DNA of 64,000 nt, from positions 10,020 through 74,019 of the forward strand of contig JAHCAZ010000016.1 in assembly GCA_019634615.1 (NCBI GenBank). The letters run 5' to 3'. Position numbers and translations under genes: made by a program. Under the pieces are notes generated by a model. It saw only the letters and a program-made list of their open reading frames with translations. It was not told the DNA's origin and made no database searches. Positions within the stretch are counted from its first letter, which is position 1. Every line of letters begins with the position of its first letter. The DNA is from Opitutaceae bacterium (GTDB lineage: Bacteria > Verrucomicrobiota > Verrucomicrobiia > Opitutales > Opitutaceae). Of this stretch, positions 19,116-27,301 are shown piece after piece.

Positions 19116-20126
19116 ATGTCCTGGGACGTCCGCGCCTCCAACGGCATCTGGCTGCCGCAGCTCGGCTGGCGCCTCGACGCCGCCAAGTCCGTCGATCGCG
19201 CGGTCATTTCGCACGCCCATTCCGACCATATTGCGCGCCATCGCGAGATCGTCTGCTCCCCGCCCACGGCGCGGCTCCTGCGCGCGCGGATGCCCGGCCG
19301 GCGCGTCGAACACGTCCTGCCTTTCGGCCACACCGAGGCCCTCACGACCGACACCGCGGTGACCCTGCACCCCGCGGGCCATATCCTCGGGTCGAGCCTC
19401 GTGCACCTCCAAGGTCCGCCCGGCACGCTCCTCTACACGGGCGATTTCAAGCTTCGACCCGGCTACGCCGCCGAGCCATGCCAGCCGCCGCGCGCCGACG
19501 TGCTGGTCATGGAGACGACTTTCGGCCTGCCGCGTTATGCCTTTCCCCCGCAGGAGGAGGTGGTCGCCGCGCTGATCGCGTTCTGCCGGCAAGCCCTCGC
19601 TGACGGGGCCGTGCCCGTGCTTTACTGCTACAGCCTCGGCAAGAGCCAGGAAGTCCTCCGCGCGCTCGCGCCGGCCGGGATCCCGGTGATGCTGCATGCC
19701 GCCGCGGCGCAACTCACGCGCATCTACGAGCAGCTGGGCTGGACCTTTCCGGCCTACCGCGATTTCGACGCCCGCGAGGCCAATGGCCACATCGTGATTT
19801 GCCCGCCCGCGCACCAGGGCACCGGGTTCCTGCGCCACCTGCCGGCCCGGCGCACCGCCGTCGTCACCGGCTGGGCCCTCGATGCCGGCGCGATCTACCG
19901 CAATCGTTGCGATGCGGCGTTTGCCTTGTCCGACCACGCGGACTACGCGGATCTCCTCCGGTTGGTCGACCTCGTGCAGCCGCGCCGCGTCTACACCGTC
20001 CATGGCTTTGCGCGTGAATTTGCCTCCGACCTCCGGGCGCGCGGTGTCGAGGCGTGGGCCCTGGGGCGGTCCAATCAGCTTGAGTTGCCGCTGGGAACCG
20101 CCACACATACGCCCGGTCCGTCGTAG
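19116..20126 (+). CDS. short MBL-fold/beta-CASP exonuclease, resembling ligase-associated DNA damage response exonuclease
   Basis: The motifs ISHAHSDHI, HPAGHILGSS, YTGDFK, METTFGLPRYAFP and LSDHADYADLL..VYTVHG are present. At 336 aa it is too short for RNase J/CPSF types. Confidence 0.65.
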   Translation: MSWDVRASNGIWLPQLGWRLDAAKSVDRAVISHAHSDHIARHREIVCSPPTARLLRARMPGRRVEHVLPFGHTEALTTDTAVTLHPAGHILGSSLVHLQGPPGTLLYTGDFKLRPGYAAEPCQPPRADVLVMETTFGLPRYAFPPQEEVVAALIAFCRQALADGAVPVLYCYSLGKSQEVLRALAPAGIPVMLHAAAAQLTRIYEQLGWTFPAYRDFDAREANGHIVICPPAHQGTGFLRHLPARRTAVVTGWALDAGAIYRNRCDAAFALSDHADYADLLRLVDLVQPRRVYTVHGFAREFASDLRARGVEAWALGRSNQLELPLGTATHTPGPS

Positions 20127-20142
20127 CCACGTCTCCCCTTCC

Positions 20143-20976
20143 ATGCTTTTCCGCGCCGCCGCCGTCCTGCTCCTCTCCGCCTCGCTGCTCGAGGCCACAC
20201 CGCTGGCCCTGAGCCACGGTGAGGTCCTGACCTACCGGGTCGGCTGGGGCCTGTTCATCAACGCCGGCGAGATCACGATCGCCGCGCGCCAGGACGACGC
20301 GCCGCCGACGCCGCAGCTGCGTGTCACCACGACGACCGCCACCCGGGGCTTCCTGCGGGGTTTCTTCCCGTTCGACGCCACCGGCGAGTCCTGGTTTCGC
20401 CTGAGCGACGGCCGGATCCTCGGCTCAAGCGAGCAAAGCCTGTCGAAGAAAAAGCAGACCCGGCAGTCCCTGGCCTTCGACTACGTCCGCGGCAAGGCGA
20501 CGTACGTCAACGCCGTCCGCCCGGAAAAGAACGCCGAGCTCGATTTGCCGGCCGGCGACCCGATGGACCTCATCACGAGCCTCGTGCAGACGCGCACGTG
20601 GGATCTCAAGCCCGGCGAGAAACAGGATGCCCTGGTGGTCTTCGACGACGATTTTTACGAGCTGACGATCTACGCGGACGGTTATGAGGAGGTCCGCACG
20701 CCGCTGGGCAAGTTCCGCGCCCTGCGCCTGACGCCGCGCATGGAAAAGACGGAACCGAAAGGCATGTTCAAGCGCGGCTCGGAGGTGCACGTCTGGATCT
20801 CGCAGGATGGCCGGCGTCTGCCCGTCAAGTTCCAGGTCGACTTCAAGTTCGGCGCGGGCGTCGCGACGCTCGTCGATCACCAGATCATTCCCGCAATCGA
20901 GTCCACCGCGCCGGCCGCCCCGGCAGTCTCGGCCACGAGCACGGCGGGCGCGACGGCGACCGAACCTCGCAGCTGA
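20143..20976 (+). CDS. DUF3108 domain-containing protein
   Basis: It has a signal peptide MLFRAAAVLLLSASLLEA. It also has LTYRVGWGLFINAGEITI.. and ..GSEVHVWISQDGRRLPVKFQVDFKFGAGVATLV, a pattern typical of DUF3108. I trimmed it from ORF 19882. Confidence 0.65.
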   Translation: MLFRAAAVLLLSASLLEATPLALSHGEVLTYRVGWGLFINAGEITIAARQDDAPPTPQLRVTTTTATRGFLRGFFPFDATGESWFRLSDGRILGSSEQSLSKKKQTRQSLAFDYVRGKATYVNAVRPEKNAELDLPAGDPMDLITSLVQTRTWDLKPGEKQDALVVFDDDFYELTIYADGYEEVRTPLGKFRALRLTPRMEKTEPKGMFKRGSEVHVWISQDGRRLPVKFQVDFKFGAGVATLVDHQIIPAIESTAPAAPAVSATSTAGATATEPRS

Positions 20977-21006
20977 GCGCCGCACCTGGGCGAGGGAATT
21001 TCAGGC

Positions 21007-22461
21007 ATGACTTCCGACAGTCGCGCTGATTTACGCTCACCAGCTGTGGACGCATCTTCCGCCCATCACGGACCCGGGCCTTCCTTACGACGCAACCTGA
21101 GGCTGTGCACTTTGGACGGGATCAACGCGGTGCCGCTGACCATCCTCAGTTCGCCCGGCAACGCCGTGATCGCGGCGCTCCTGACCGGCACCTTTGCCCT
21201 TTCGACGCGGACCTATGGCGTGATCACGTCGCTGCCCTTCTGGTTCAACTTCCTGCAGGTCGTGCTGACGCCACTCTTCGCGCAGCGGCTGTCCGCCCGG
21301 GCCCTGTGCATCGCCAGCGCCTGGATGCATGTCGCGGGCTGGCTGACCTTCGTGGCGGTGCTGCCCTTCGTGCCGATGGGCGACGATCCGGTGACGCGGC
21401 TGACCTTCATCGCGATCTTCTCGTTCATTGCGCTCTCGACGGCCATCAACGGCGTCGCGTGGAACACGTGGATGCAGGGTGCCGTGCCGCTCCGGGTGCG
21501 GGGCAAGTTCTTCGGCCGGCGCAACCGTCTCCTCTACATCTCGCTGCTGGCGTTCCTGTTCGCGGCCTCCGGCGTCCTCGCGTGGTTCGAGGGCTCGCTG
21601 CTCGCGTTCCACATGCTCCTTTCGGTCGCCATCATCATGCGCACGATCTCCGTGCTGTCACAGCACCGGATGCACCTGACCTCGAGCAGCAAGCCGGCGC
21701 ACGCCGAGACGCCGTGGCCGGAGCAGGTTCGCCGGGTCTGGCAGGACAAGACCTACATGCGCTTCATCGCCTTCGCGGCGCTGATGGGCTTCGGCGTGAA
21801 CCTGTTCGCGCCTTTCTACCCGGTGTTCATGTACGAGCAGCTCCACCTGAGCGCGGCGCAGACCAACTTCATGCTCCTTACCGGCATCGTCGGTGCCGCC
21901 GTCGCCTTCCCGGCCTGGGGTCACATGATCGATCGCTACGGCAACATCCCGGTGATGATCGTCGCCCTGTTCCTCTGGCAGATCTTCAACTTCCTCTGGT
22001 GCTTTGTCACCCCCGACAACATCTGGCTTCTCTACATCCCGCTCACCACCGGCGGCATCTTTTCGGCCGGTTACGGCGTCGGCGTCTTCGGGCTCCTGCT
22101 CAAGATCACGCCGCCGGAGGCCCGCACGATGGGCATGGCGCTCTTCGTCTCACTGTCCTCGCTCGCGGCGGCGCTGGGCCCGATCACCGGCAGTAATCTC
22201 ATCAGCTGGGCCATCGGCCAGGGCTGGCCGGGACTCACCGTCTATCACCTCGCCTTCATCGTGATGCCCGTCTTCACGATGCTCAATTGCATCCTCCTGA
22301 AGAAAGTCGCGGAGGCGCGTTCGGCGCGGGTCACGGAGGTGGTCGGGGCGATGCGCAACGTCCGCACGCTGGCTTCGATCTTCGGCCTCTCGTTCCTCGT
22401 CAACCAGGTCTTCTACCGCACGTCGGGCACGGGCACCGGGATTCGGACGGGCCGCAATTAA
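21007..22461 (+). CDS. MFS transporter (paralog 1)
   Basis: It is a polytopic ~12-TM protein. WNTWMQGAVPLRVRGKFFGRRNRL lies between the halves. It is clearly paralogous to the next gene. Confidence 0.75.
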   Translation: MTSDSRADLRSPAVDASSAHHGPGPSLRRNLRLCTLDGINAVPLTILSSPGNAVIAALLTGTFALSTRTYGVITSLPFWFNFLQVVLTPLFAQRLSARALCIASAWMHVAGWLTFVAVLPFVPMGDDPVTRLTFIAIFSFIALSTAINGVAWNTWMQGAVPLRVRGKFFGRRNRLLYISLLAFLFAASGVLAWFEGSLLAFHMLLSVAIIMRTISVLSQHRMHLTSSSKPAHAETPWPEQVRRVWQDKTYMRFIAFAALMGFGVNLFAPFYPVFMYEQLHLSAAQTNFMLLTGIVGAAVAFPAWGHMIDRYGNIPVMIVALFLWQIFNFLWCFVTPDNIWLLYIPLTTGGIFSAGYGVGVFGLLLKITPPEARTMGMALFVSLSSLAAALGPITGSNLISWAIGQGWPGLTVYHLAFIVMPVFTMLNCILLKKVAEARSARVTEVVGAMRNVRTLASIFGLSFLVNQVFYRTSGTGTGIRTGRN

Positions 22462-22470
22462 GCCGGCGTT

Positions 22471-23916
22471 TTGACTCGCGCTGTCGGCGCGCTTCCCTTT
22501 CCACGTCACCACGTGGAAACCTACGACAAGGAAACCGGGCAGACGATCGCCCAGATCAAGGCCGACCTCCGGCAGAGCTTCCGGCTCTGCACGATGGAGG
22601 GTTTCGTGGCCATGCCGCTCGTCACCATGTCGTTGCCGGTCAATGTCTTCCTGACGGCGCTGGTCACCCGCGGGCTCGACCTGCCCAAGGAGTCCATCGG
22701 CCTGATCAGCGCCCTGCCCTTCATCGGCAACTTCCTCCCGATCTTCGTCGCGCCGCTCCTCTCGCACTGGCGGCCGCCCAAGACGCTGGCCGTCCTGTTC
22801 GCGTCGCTGCACCTCATCACGTGGCTGGTGCTCGGCGTGATGCTGTCCTGGATCCCGGTGGGCGACCCGGCCGCCGCCGGCCGCTGGCTCATCGCGTGGT
22901 TTGCGGTGTCGAGCGTCTGCATCGCGATCGCCGGCGTGTCGTGGAACTCGTGGGTGCAGGAATGGGTGCCCGTCCGCCTCCGCGGCAAGTATTTCGGCCG
23001 CCGCAACCGCCTGCTCCAGGTCTCCACGCTCCTGTTTCTCCTCGCGACCGGCTGGGTGCTGGCGCAGTGGGACTACGCGATGCCGGCGTTCCAGGGCGTG
23101 ATCGCGGGCGCGGTCATCCTGCGGTTGTTCTCGCTGCGCTGGTCCTGGCAGATGCCGACGCGCCCGCACCGCGAGTCCACGGCGCCGAAGCTGCCGTTCA
23201 GGGAGCAGCTCGCCGTGCTGCGCGGCGCGAGGTCGTTCGTCCTCTTCATCGCCTTCGGCGCGATCTGGTCGTTCGCGGCCAACTGCTTCGGCCCGTTCTA
23301 CCACGTCTTCATGTTCGAGGAGCTCGGCTTCTCGGCCTTCGACGTCGGCATCCTCTCGACGCTCTCGGCCCTCGGCGGCGCGCTGTCGCTGCCGGCGTGG
23401 GGGGCCCTGCTCGACCGGTTCGGCAACAAGCCGGTCATGGCCTTCTCGCTCATCCTCTGGCAGGGCATGAATTTCGTCTGGTGCTTCATCGGTCCCGAGA
23501 ACCGCCACTGGCTCTACCCGCTCTGGGTGTGGGGCGGCATGACCAGCGCCGGCTTCGTGCTCGGGCAGTTCACTTTCCTCCTCAAGCTGATCCCGCTCGA
23601 GGCGAAGAACCTCGCGATCGGCTTCAACCTCGCGATCACGTCGCTGTTCGCCGCCATCGCGCCCATCATCGGCGGCGCGATCCTGGGCTGGGCCCTGGCC
23701 CGCGGCGACGGCGCGCTCACCGTCTATCACCTCTGCTTCATCGTCCAGCCGGTGCTGGCCCTCCTGGGCAGCATGCTCCTGCTGCGCATCCACGAGCAGC
23801 AGGCCAGCTCGCTCACGATGGTGTTCGGCGCGATGCGCAACATCCGCACGCTCTCCGGCGTGCTCGGCCTCGACTTCTTCATCAACTACGTGTTCTACCG
23901 TCCGGGCAAACGATGA
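22471..23916 (+). CDS. MFS transporter (paralog 2)
   Basis: It aligns along its length with the previous gene: FRLCTMEGFVAMPL, WNSWVQEWVPVRLRGKYFGRRNRL and GAMRNIRTLSGVLGLDFFINYVFYR. It uses a TTG start 9 nt after paralog 1. Confidence 0.75.
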   Translation: MTRAVGALPFPRHHVETYDKETGQTIAQIKADLRQSFRLCTMEGFVAMPLVTMSLPVNVFLTALVTRGLDLPKESIGLISALPFIGNFLPIFVAPLLSHWRPPKTLAVLFASLHLITWLVLGVMLSWIPVGDPAAAGRWLIAWFAVSSVCIAIAGVSWNSWVQEWVPVRLRGKYFGRRNRLLQVSTLLFLLATGWVLAQWDYAMPAFQGVIAGAVILRLFSLRWSWQMPTRPHRESTAPKLPFREQLAVLRGARSFVLFIAFGAIWSFAANCFGPFYHVFMFEELGFSAFDVGILSTLSALGGALSLPAWGALLDRFGNKPVMAFSLILWQGMNFVWCFIGPENRHWLYPLWVWGGMTSAGFVLGQFTFLLKLIPLEAKNLAIGFNLAITSLFAAIAPIIGGAILGWALARGDGALTVYHLCFIVQPVLALLGSMLLLRIHEQQASSLTMVFGAMRNIRTLSGVLGLDFFINYVFYRPGKR

Positions 23917-24818
23917 GCGCGGCCCCGCACCTGTTCACCCTCACCGGCAACCTGCTCGCGGAGCGCACGCTCGAGTTCGCCGACTGGCAGGTCGGCCGCA
24001 CCCAGCGGGCCGTGCGGGAGACCTTCCACACGCGCGGCAAGGGCGTGAACGTCTCGAACCTGCTCGCCCGGCTCGGCGCACCCACCACCGCGCTGATCTT
24101 CGCCGGCGGCGCCCCGGGGGCCGAGAGCGAGGCCTGGCTCCGGCGGCGCGGCATCGCCTACCAGGCCTTCGCCACCCAGGCGGCCTCGCGCACCGGCACG
24201 GTGATCTGGAGCGACCGCCAGGCGGAGACGACTTTCCTCGGACCCGACGTGCCGCCCGACGCCGCCGCGGTTTCCGCGTGCGCCACGTGGCTCGACACGC
24301 AGGCCGACAGGCAGGTCCTCGCGCTCTGCGGCAGCTTTCCGGGCTGGAACGAGGCGGCCTTCGACCCGCTCCGCGCCGTGCTCCGGCGCTGGGCGCAGCG
24401 CGGCGTGCTCGTGGCCGACGCCTATGGCCCGCCGCTCGGCTGGCTGGCCCAGTTGCCTCTCGCCCTCGTGAAGATCAACCGCCAGGAGTTCGACGCTTTC
24501 CGCCCGGGCGCCGGCGACATGGCGGCGCGGCTGCGCCAGGCCGGCGACGAACTCCCGGTGCAGGTCTGGATCGTCACCGACGGCCCCGGCTCGCTCTGGC
24601 TCGCCCTCCCGGGCGAAAGGCCCCGGGAGTTTCACCCGCCCGTGCTGCGCGAGGTGTCACCCACGGGCTCGGGCGACGTTTTCCTGGGAGCATTGCTGCA
24701 CGGCCGCTGGCACCTGGGCCTCGGCTGGCCGGAGGCGATCGCGTATGCCCTGCCCTTCGCCGCCGCCAACGCCGCGCACCCGGGTGTGGCGGATTTCGAG
24801 TTGCCGGTGACAAATTGA
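23913..24818 (+). CDS. PfkB family carbohydrate kinase (1-phosphofructokinase-like)
   Basis: It has an N-terminal LTGNLLAERT..GKGVNVS and the C-terminal PfkB signature SPTGSGDVFLGALL. ATG 23913 overlaps the MFS stop (ATGA). I trimmed it from the fused ORF 22287..24818. Confidence 0.75.
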   Translation: MSAAPHLFTLTGNLLAERTLEFADWQVGRTQRAVRETFHTRGKGVNVSNLLARLGAPTTALIFAGGAPGAESEAWLRRRGIAYQAFATQAASRTGTVIWSDRQAETTFLGPDVPPDAAAVSACATWLDTQADRQVLALCGSFPGWNEAAFDPLRAVLRRWAQRGVLVADAYGPPLGWLAQLPLALVKINRQEFDAFRPGAGDMAARLRQAGDELPVQVWIVTDGPGSLWLALPGERPREFHPPVLREVSPTGSGDVFLGALLHGRWHLGLGWPEAIAYALPFAAANAAHPGVADFELPVTN

Positions 24819-24820
24819 TA

Positions 24821-24887
24821 ACCGCGAAGGGCGGGAAGGTGCGCGAAGTTCCAACGGGCCTTCGCGTCTCTTCGCGCCCTTCGCGGT
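24821..24887. repeat. long imperfect hairpin, copy H3
   Basis: The arms are accgcgaagggcgggaaggtgcgcgaag (24821-24848) and cttcgcgtctcttcgcgcccttcgcggt (24860-24887), about 24/28 paired by hand count. It starts 3 nt after the pfkB-like stop. Confidence 0.8.
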
Positions 24888-24955
24888 GGGAAAATTCCGC
24901 CGCAAACGTGGACAACCCGCGAACCACGCTTACACTTTGCGGTCACTGACCGGCC

Positions 24956-25651
24956 ATGAACCGCACCCTCCTCATCATCGCTGGCGCGCTGCTCCTGGCC
25001 GGGGCGTTTTTCGGTTATCGCGCCTATGTGAAGCACAAGCAGGAATCCGCGCTTGCCGCGCAGGCGCTGGCGCGGGAGCAGGCGGAGCGCGACCGGTTGA
25101 CGGCGTTGGAGCGCCGCGCAGCCGCCGAAGCCGAGGCCCATCGCCTGGCGGAAGAGCAGGCCCGCCTCGCTGCGGCCGATTCGGCCCGGCGGCTGGAGGA
25201 GCTCCAGGCCGCGGAGGCCCGGGCCGCCGCGGAGCGCGCCGCCGCCGAGGCGACCCTCGCGCGGATGCGGGCCGAGGCTGATCGCCTCCGCGCCGAGAAG
25301 GAGGCCGCCCAGGGCGAGGCGCGCCGGCTGGCCGAGTTGCGCGAGCAGGAAGCCGCTGCCGCGCACGCGGCCCGGTTGGCCGCCCTGGAAAAGCTCCGCG
25401 CCCTCGAGCGGGAGGTGCAGGACAACGCCGCCCGGGAGGCGGCCCGCCTCGAAGCCCTGCGCCGGCAGGCAGAATTGGAAGCCCTTGCCTACCAGAAGGC
25501 CCGCCCGGCTGACCGGATCGTCTATCCACCCGACTACAAGGCGCGGGATCACCACAATCTCCGGGCGACCCTTGAGTGGGAGGCCTACCGTCAGGCCGGT
25601 GCCACCGTTCCGCCACTTCCAGAGCCAGAAACGACGCAAACCGAGAAATAA
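24956..25651 (+). CDS. membrane-anchored Ala/Glu/Arg-rich coiled-coil protein
   Basis: It has an N-terminal TM segment [17 protein letters not shown], followed by about 150 aa of heptad-like [18 protein letters not shown].. sequence. Long antisense ORFs here are attributed to low complexity. Confidence 0.5.
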   Translation: MNRTLLIIAGALLLAGAFFGYRAYVKHKQESALAAQALAREQAERDRLTALERRAAAEAEAHRLAEEQARLAAADSARRLEELQAAEARAAAERAAAEATLARMRAEADRLRAEKEAAQGEARRLAELREQEAAAAHAARLAALEKLRALEREVQDNAAREAARLEALRRQAELEALAYQKARPADRIVYPPDYKARDHHNLRATLEWEAYRQAGATVPPLPEPETTQTEK

Positions 25652-25672
25652 ATCCTTGCTTTCACCGGCGCG

Positions 25673-25698
25673 AAACCGCTTTCTCTGCGGTTTTATTT
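25673..25698 (+). terminator. terminator-like hairpin abutting the rplU start
   Basis: The sequence is aaaccgc-tttctct-gcggttt followed by ttttattt. The ATG of rplU follows immediately at 25699. Confidence 0.45.
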
Positions 25699-26013
25699 AT
25701 GAAAGCCACTATCAAAACCCAAGGCCAACAGTTCACTGTGACCGAAGGTGATATCCTCATCGTCAACCGCTATCCGAACACGGAAGCCGGTGCCACCGTG
25801 GAGATTAAGGACGTGCTCACGGCCGGCGAAGGAACCAATTTCAAGATCGGCACCCCGACCCTCCCCGGCGCCGTCGTCTCGGCCAAGGTGCTCGAGAACA
25901 AGCGCGGCGACAAGGTCATCGTCTTCAAGAAAAAGAAGCGCAAGGGCATGGAGCGCAAGCGCGGCCACCGCCAGGAACTGTCCGTCATCAAGATCGAGTC
26001 CATCAAAGCCTAA
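25699..26013 (+). CDS. rplU: 50S ribosomal protein L21
   Basis: [46 protein letters not shown] matches L21. Confidence 0.95.
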   Translation: MKATIKTQGQQFTVTEGDILIVNRYPNTEAGATVEIKDVLTAGEGTNFKIGTPTLPGAVVSAKVLENKRGDKVIVFKKKKRKGMERKRGHRQELSVIKIESIKA

Positions 26014-26027
26014 GGAGAACCAACGTC

Positions 26028-26267
26028 ATGGCGCATAAAAAAGGTCAGGGAACATCCAGCAACGGACGCGAGAGCAAGTCGAAGCGTCTCGGCGTGAAAC
26101 TCTTCGGCGGCCAGTCCGTCATCGCCGGCAACATCATCGTCCGCCAGCGCGGCAGCAAGCTGCACGCCGGCAAGAACGTCGGCACCGGCCGCGATTGGAC
26201 GCTGTTCGCCCTCAAGGACGGCACGCTCGAGTTCGACAAGGCCCACCGCCGCGTGTCGGTCGTCTGA
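26028..26267 (+). CDS. rpmA: 50S ribosomal protein L27
   Basis: [48 protein letters not shown] matches L27. Confidence 0.95.
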   Translation: MAHKKGQGTSSNGRESKSKRLGVKLFGGQSVIAGNIIVRQRGSKLHAGKNVGTGRDWTLFALKDGTLEFDKAHRRVSVV

Positions 26268-26292
26268 GCGCCCCGCTCATTTTTTAGCTTTC

Positions 26293-26324
26293 AAACGCAG
26301 CCCAAACCGGGCTGCGTTTTTTTT
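26293..26324 (+). terminator. Rho-independent terminator of rplU-rpmA
   Basis: An 11-bp stem aaacgcagccc/gggctgcgttt has a 5-nt loop and runs into a stretch of 8 T. Confidence 0.85.
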
Positions 26325-26405
26325 GTCGGTCCATTGGACCGACAACCCTCCGTAGCCTAGGCGAAGGAGGGTCGCCCGCGTTGCGAGCACCGCCCTTCCC
26401 CCCCC

Positions 26406-26762
26406 ATGTCCGACCGCCTCACCGACCTCCGCCGCCAGCGCGCCGCGATCCAGCAGCATCTCGACTGGCTGGACCGCGAGATCGCCGCCGCACAGTCGGT
26501 TCAGGCAACGACACCGGCTTCACCCGCGCCCGTTCCCCTTTCTCCCCCCGTCGCCCCGATCCCGCCAGATCCTGCTGCCGCCCTGCCCGACCTCGGCCAG
26601 CCCGATCCCGTCAACGCCGCCCGACAGGCGAAAAAGGGCTGCCTGCTCGCCCTCGCCGTCGCGCTCGTGATCTTTTTCGGGACTGTCTTCGCCATATTCT
26701 TCTTCGCCTACGGCGACCGCCCCTGGCTGTTCATGGATCGCAGCGAGGCCGTGCAGCCCTGA
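26406..26762 (+). CDS. small tail-anchored membrane protein, hypothetical
   Basis: Third-position GC is high in this frame. The layout is an N-terminal helix LTDLRRQRAAIQQHLDWLDREIAAAQ, a Pro-rich linker, and a single C-terminal TM segment CLLALAVALVIFFGTVFAIFFFA. Confidence 0.5.
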   Translation: MSDRLTDLRRQRAAIQQHLDWLDREIAAAQSVQATTPASPAPVPLSPPVAPIPPDPAAALPDLGQPDPVNAARQAKKGCLLALAVALVIFFGTVFAIFFFAYGDRPWLFMDRSEAVQP

Positions 26763-26831
26763 GTTGGTTGCAGCGCGGTTCGGAAAATTCCCGCGAACCG
26801 ATTTCTCAAGTCGTGGTCTAGCGCCGCGAAC

Positions 26832-27248
26832 TTGAACACCGCCTCTTCGTTCACACCGGCAGATCCTGCTCCGTCCTGGGAGGACGTGGCGGCGATTTAC
26901 CGGCGCGTCTGCCTGCTGCGCTACAGCGGCCGGGCTGCGGAAGCGGCGCGCCTCGAGTCCGGCGACCTCGCGCGCTCGTTGCGGCAGGTAGCGGCTCCGG
27001 CGGGCGAAACCGCCGCCTTTGTCACCTTTCGCGACGGGCTCTTTGAACTCGAGGCCGAGCGCGTGCGCCACGCCCATGCCGTGGCCGAACTGCTCGCCCC
27101 GCTGCTGCTCGAGCGCCTGGGCCGCATACCCGATCCCGCCAAACCCCAACGCCCGCCGCCAGCGCCGTCTACCGTCCGCGGCCCGGTCGATATCGCCGAC
27201 ATGATCGACACCATGCTCGCCCAGCAAACCGAGCTGCCGGGCCGTTGA
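26832..27248 (+). CDS. small soluble hypothetical protein upstream of the actin-like gene
   Basis: Third-position GC is high. It uses a TTG start, with an in-frame GTG alternative at 26886. Its stop overlaps an in-frame TTG of the downstream actin-like ORF. Confidence 0.45.
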   Translation: MNTASSFTPADPAPSWEDVAAIYRRVCLLRYSGRAAEAARLESGDLARSLRQVAAPAGETAAFVTFRDGLFELEAERVRHAHAVAELLAPLLLERLGRIPDPAKPQRPPPAPSTVRGPVDIADMIDTMLAQQTELPGR

Positions 27249-27301
27249 CCGGCCCCCGTCCCTTCCAGCGTCCCTGCGTCCCAACCCTCCACACCACTGC
27301 C

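Noticed and set aside
22287-24818. Over-long ORFs in the track that fuse junk N-termini to real genes: 22287..24818, 52021..54801, 57083..59419, 37794..39701, 19882..20976, 34044..34958, 62196..63623, 46581..47735.
   Set aside because: The recognisable protein begins at an internal ATG (23913, 52918, 58504, 38801, 20143, 34245, 62844, 46722). The upstream portion overlaps a neighbouring gene in another frame or on the other strand. I trimmed them rather than reporting them as long proteins.
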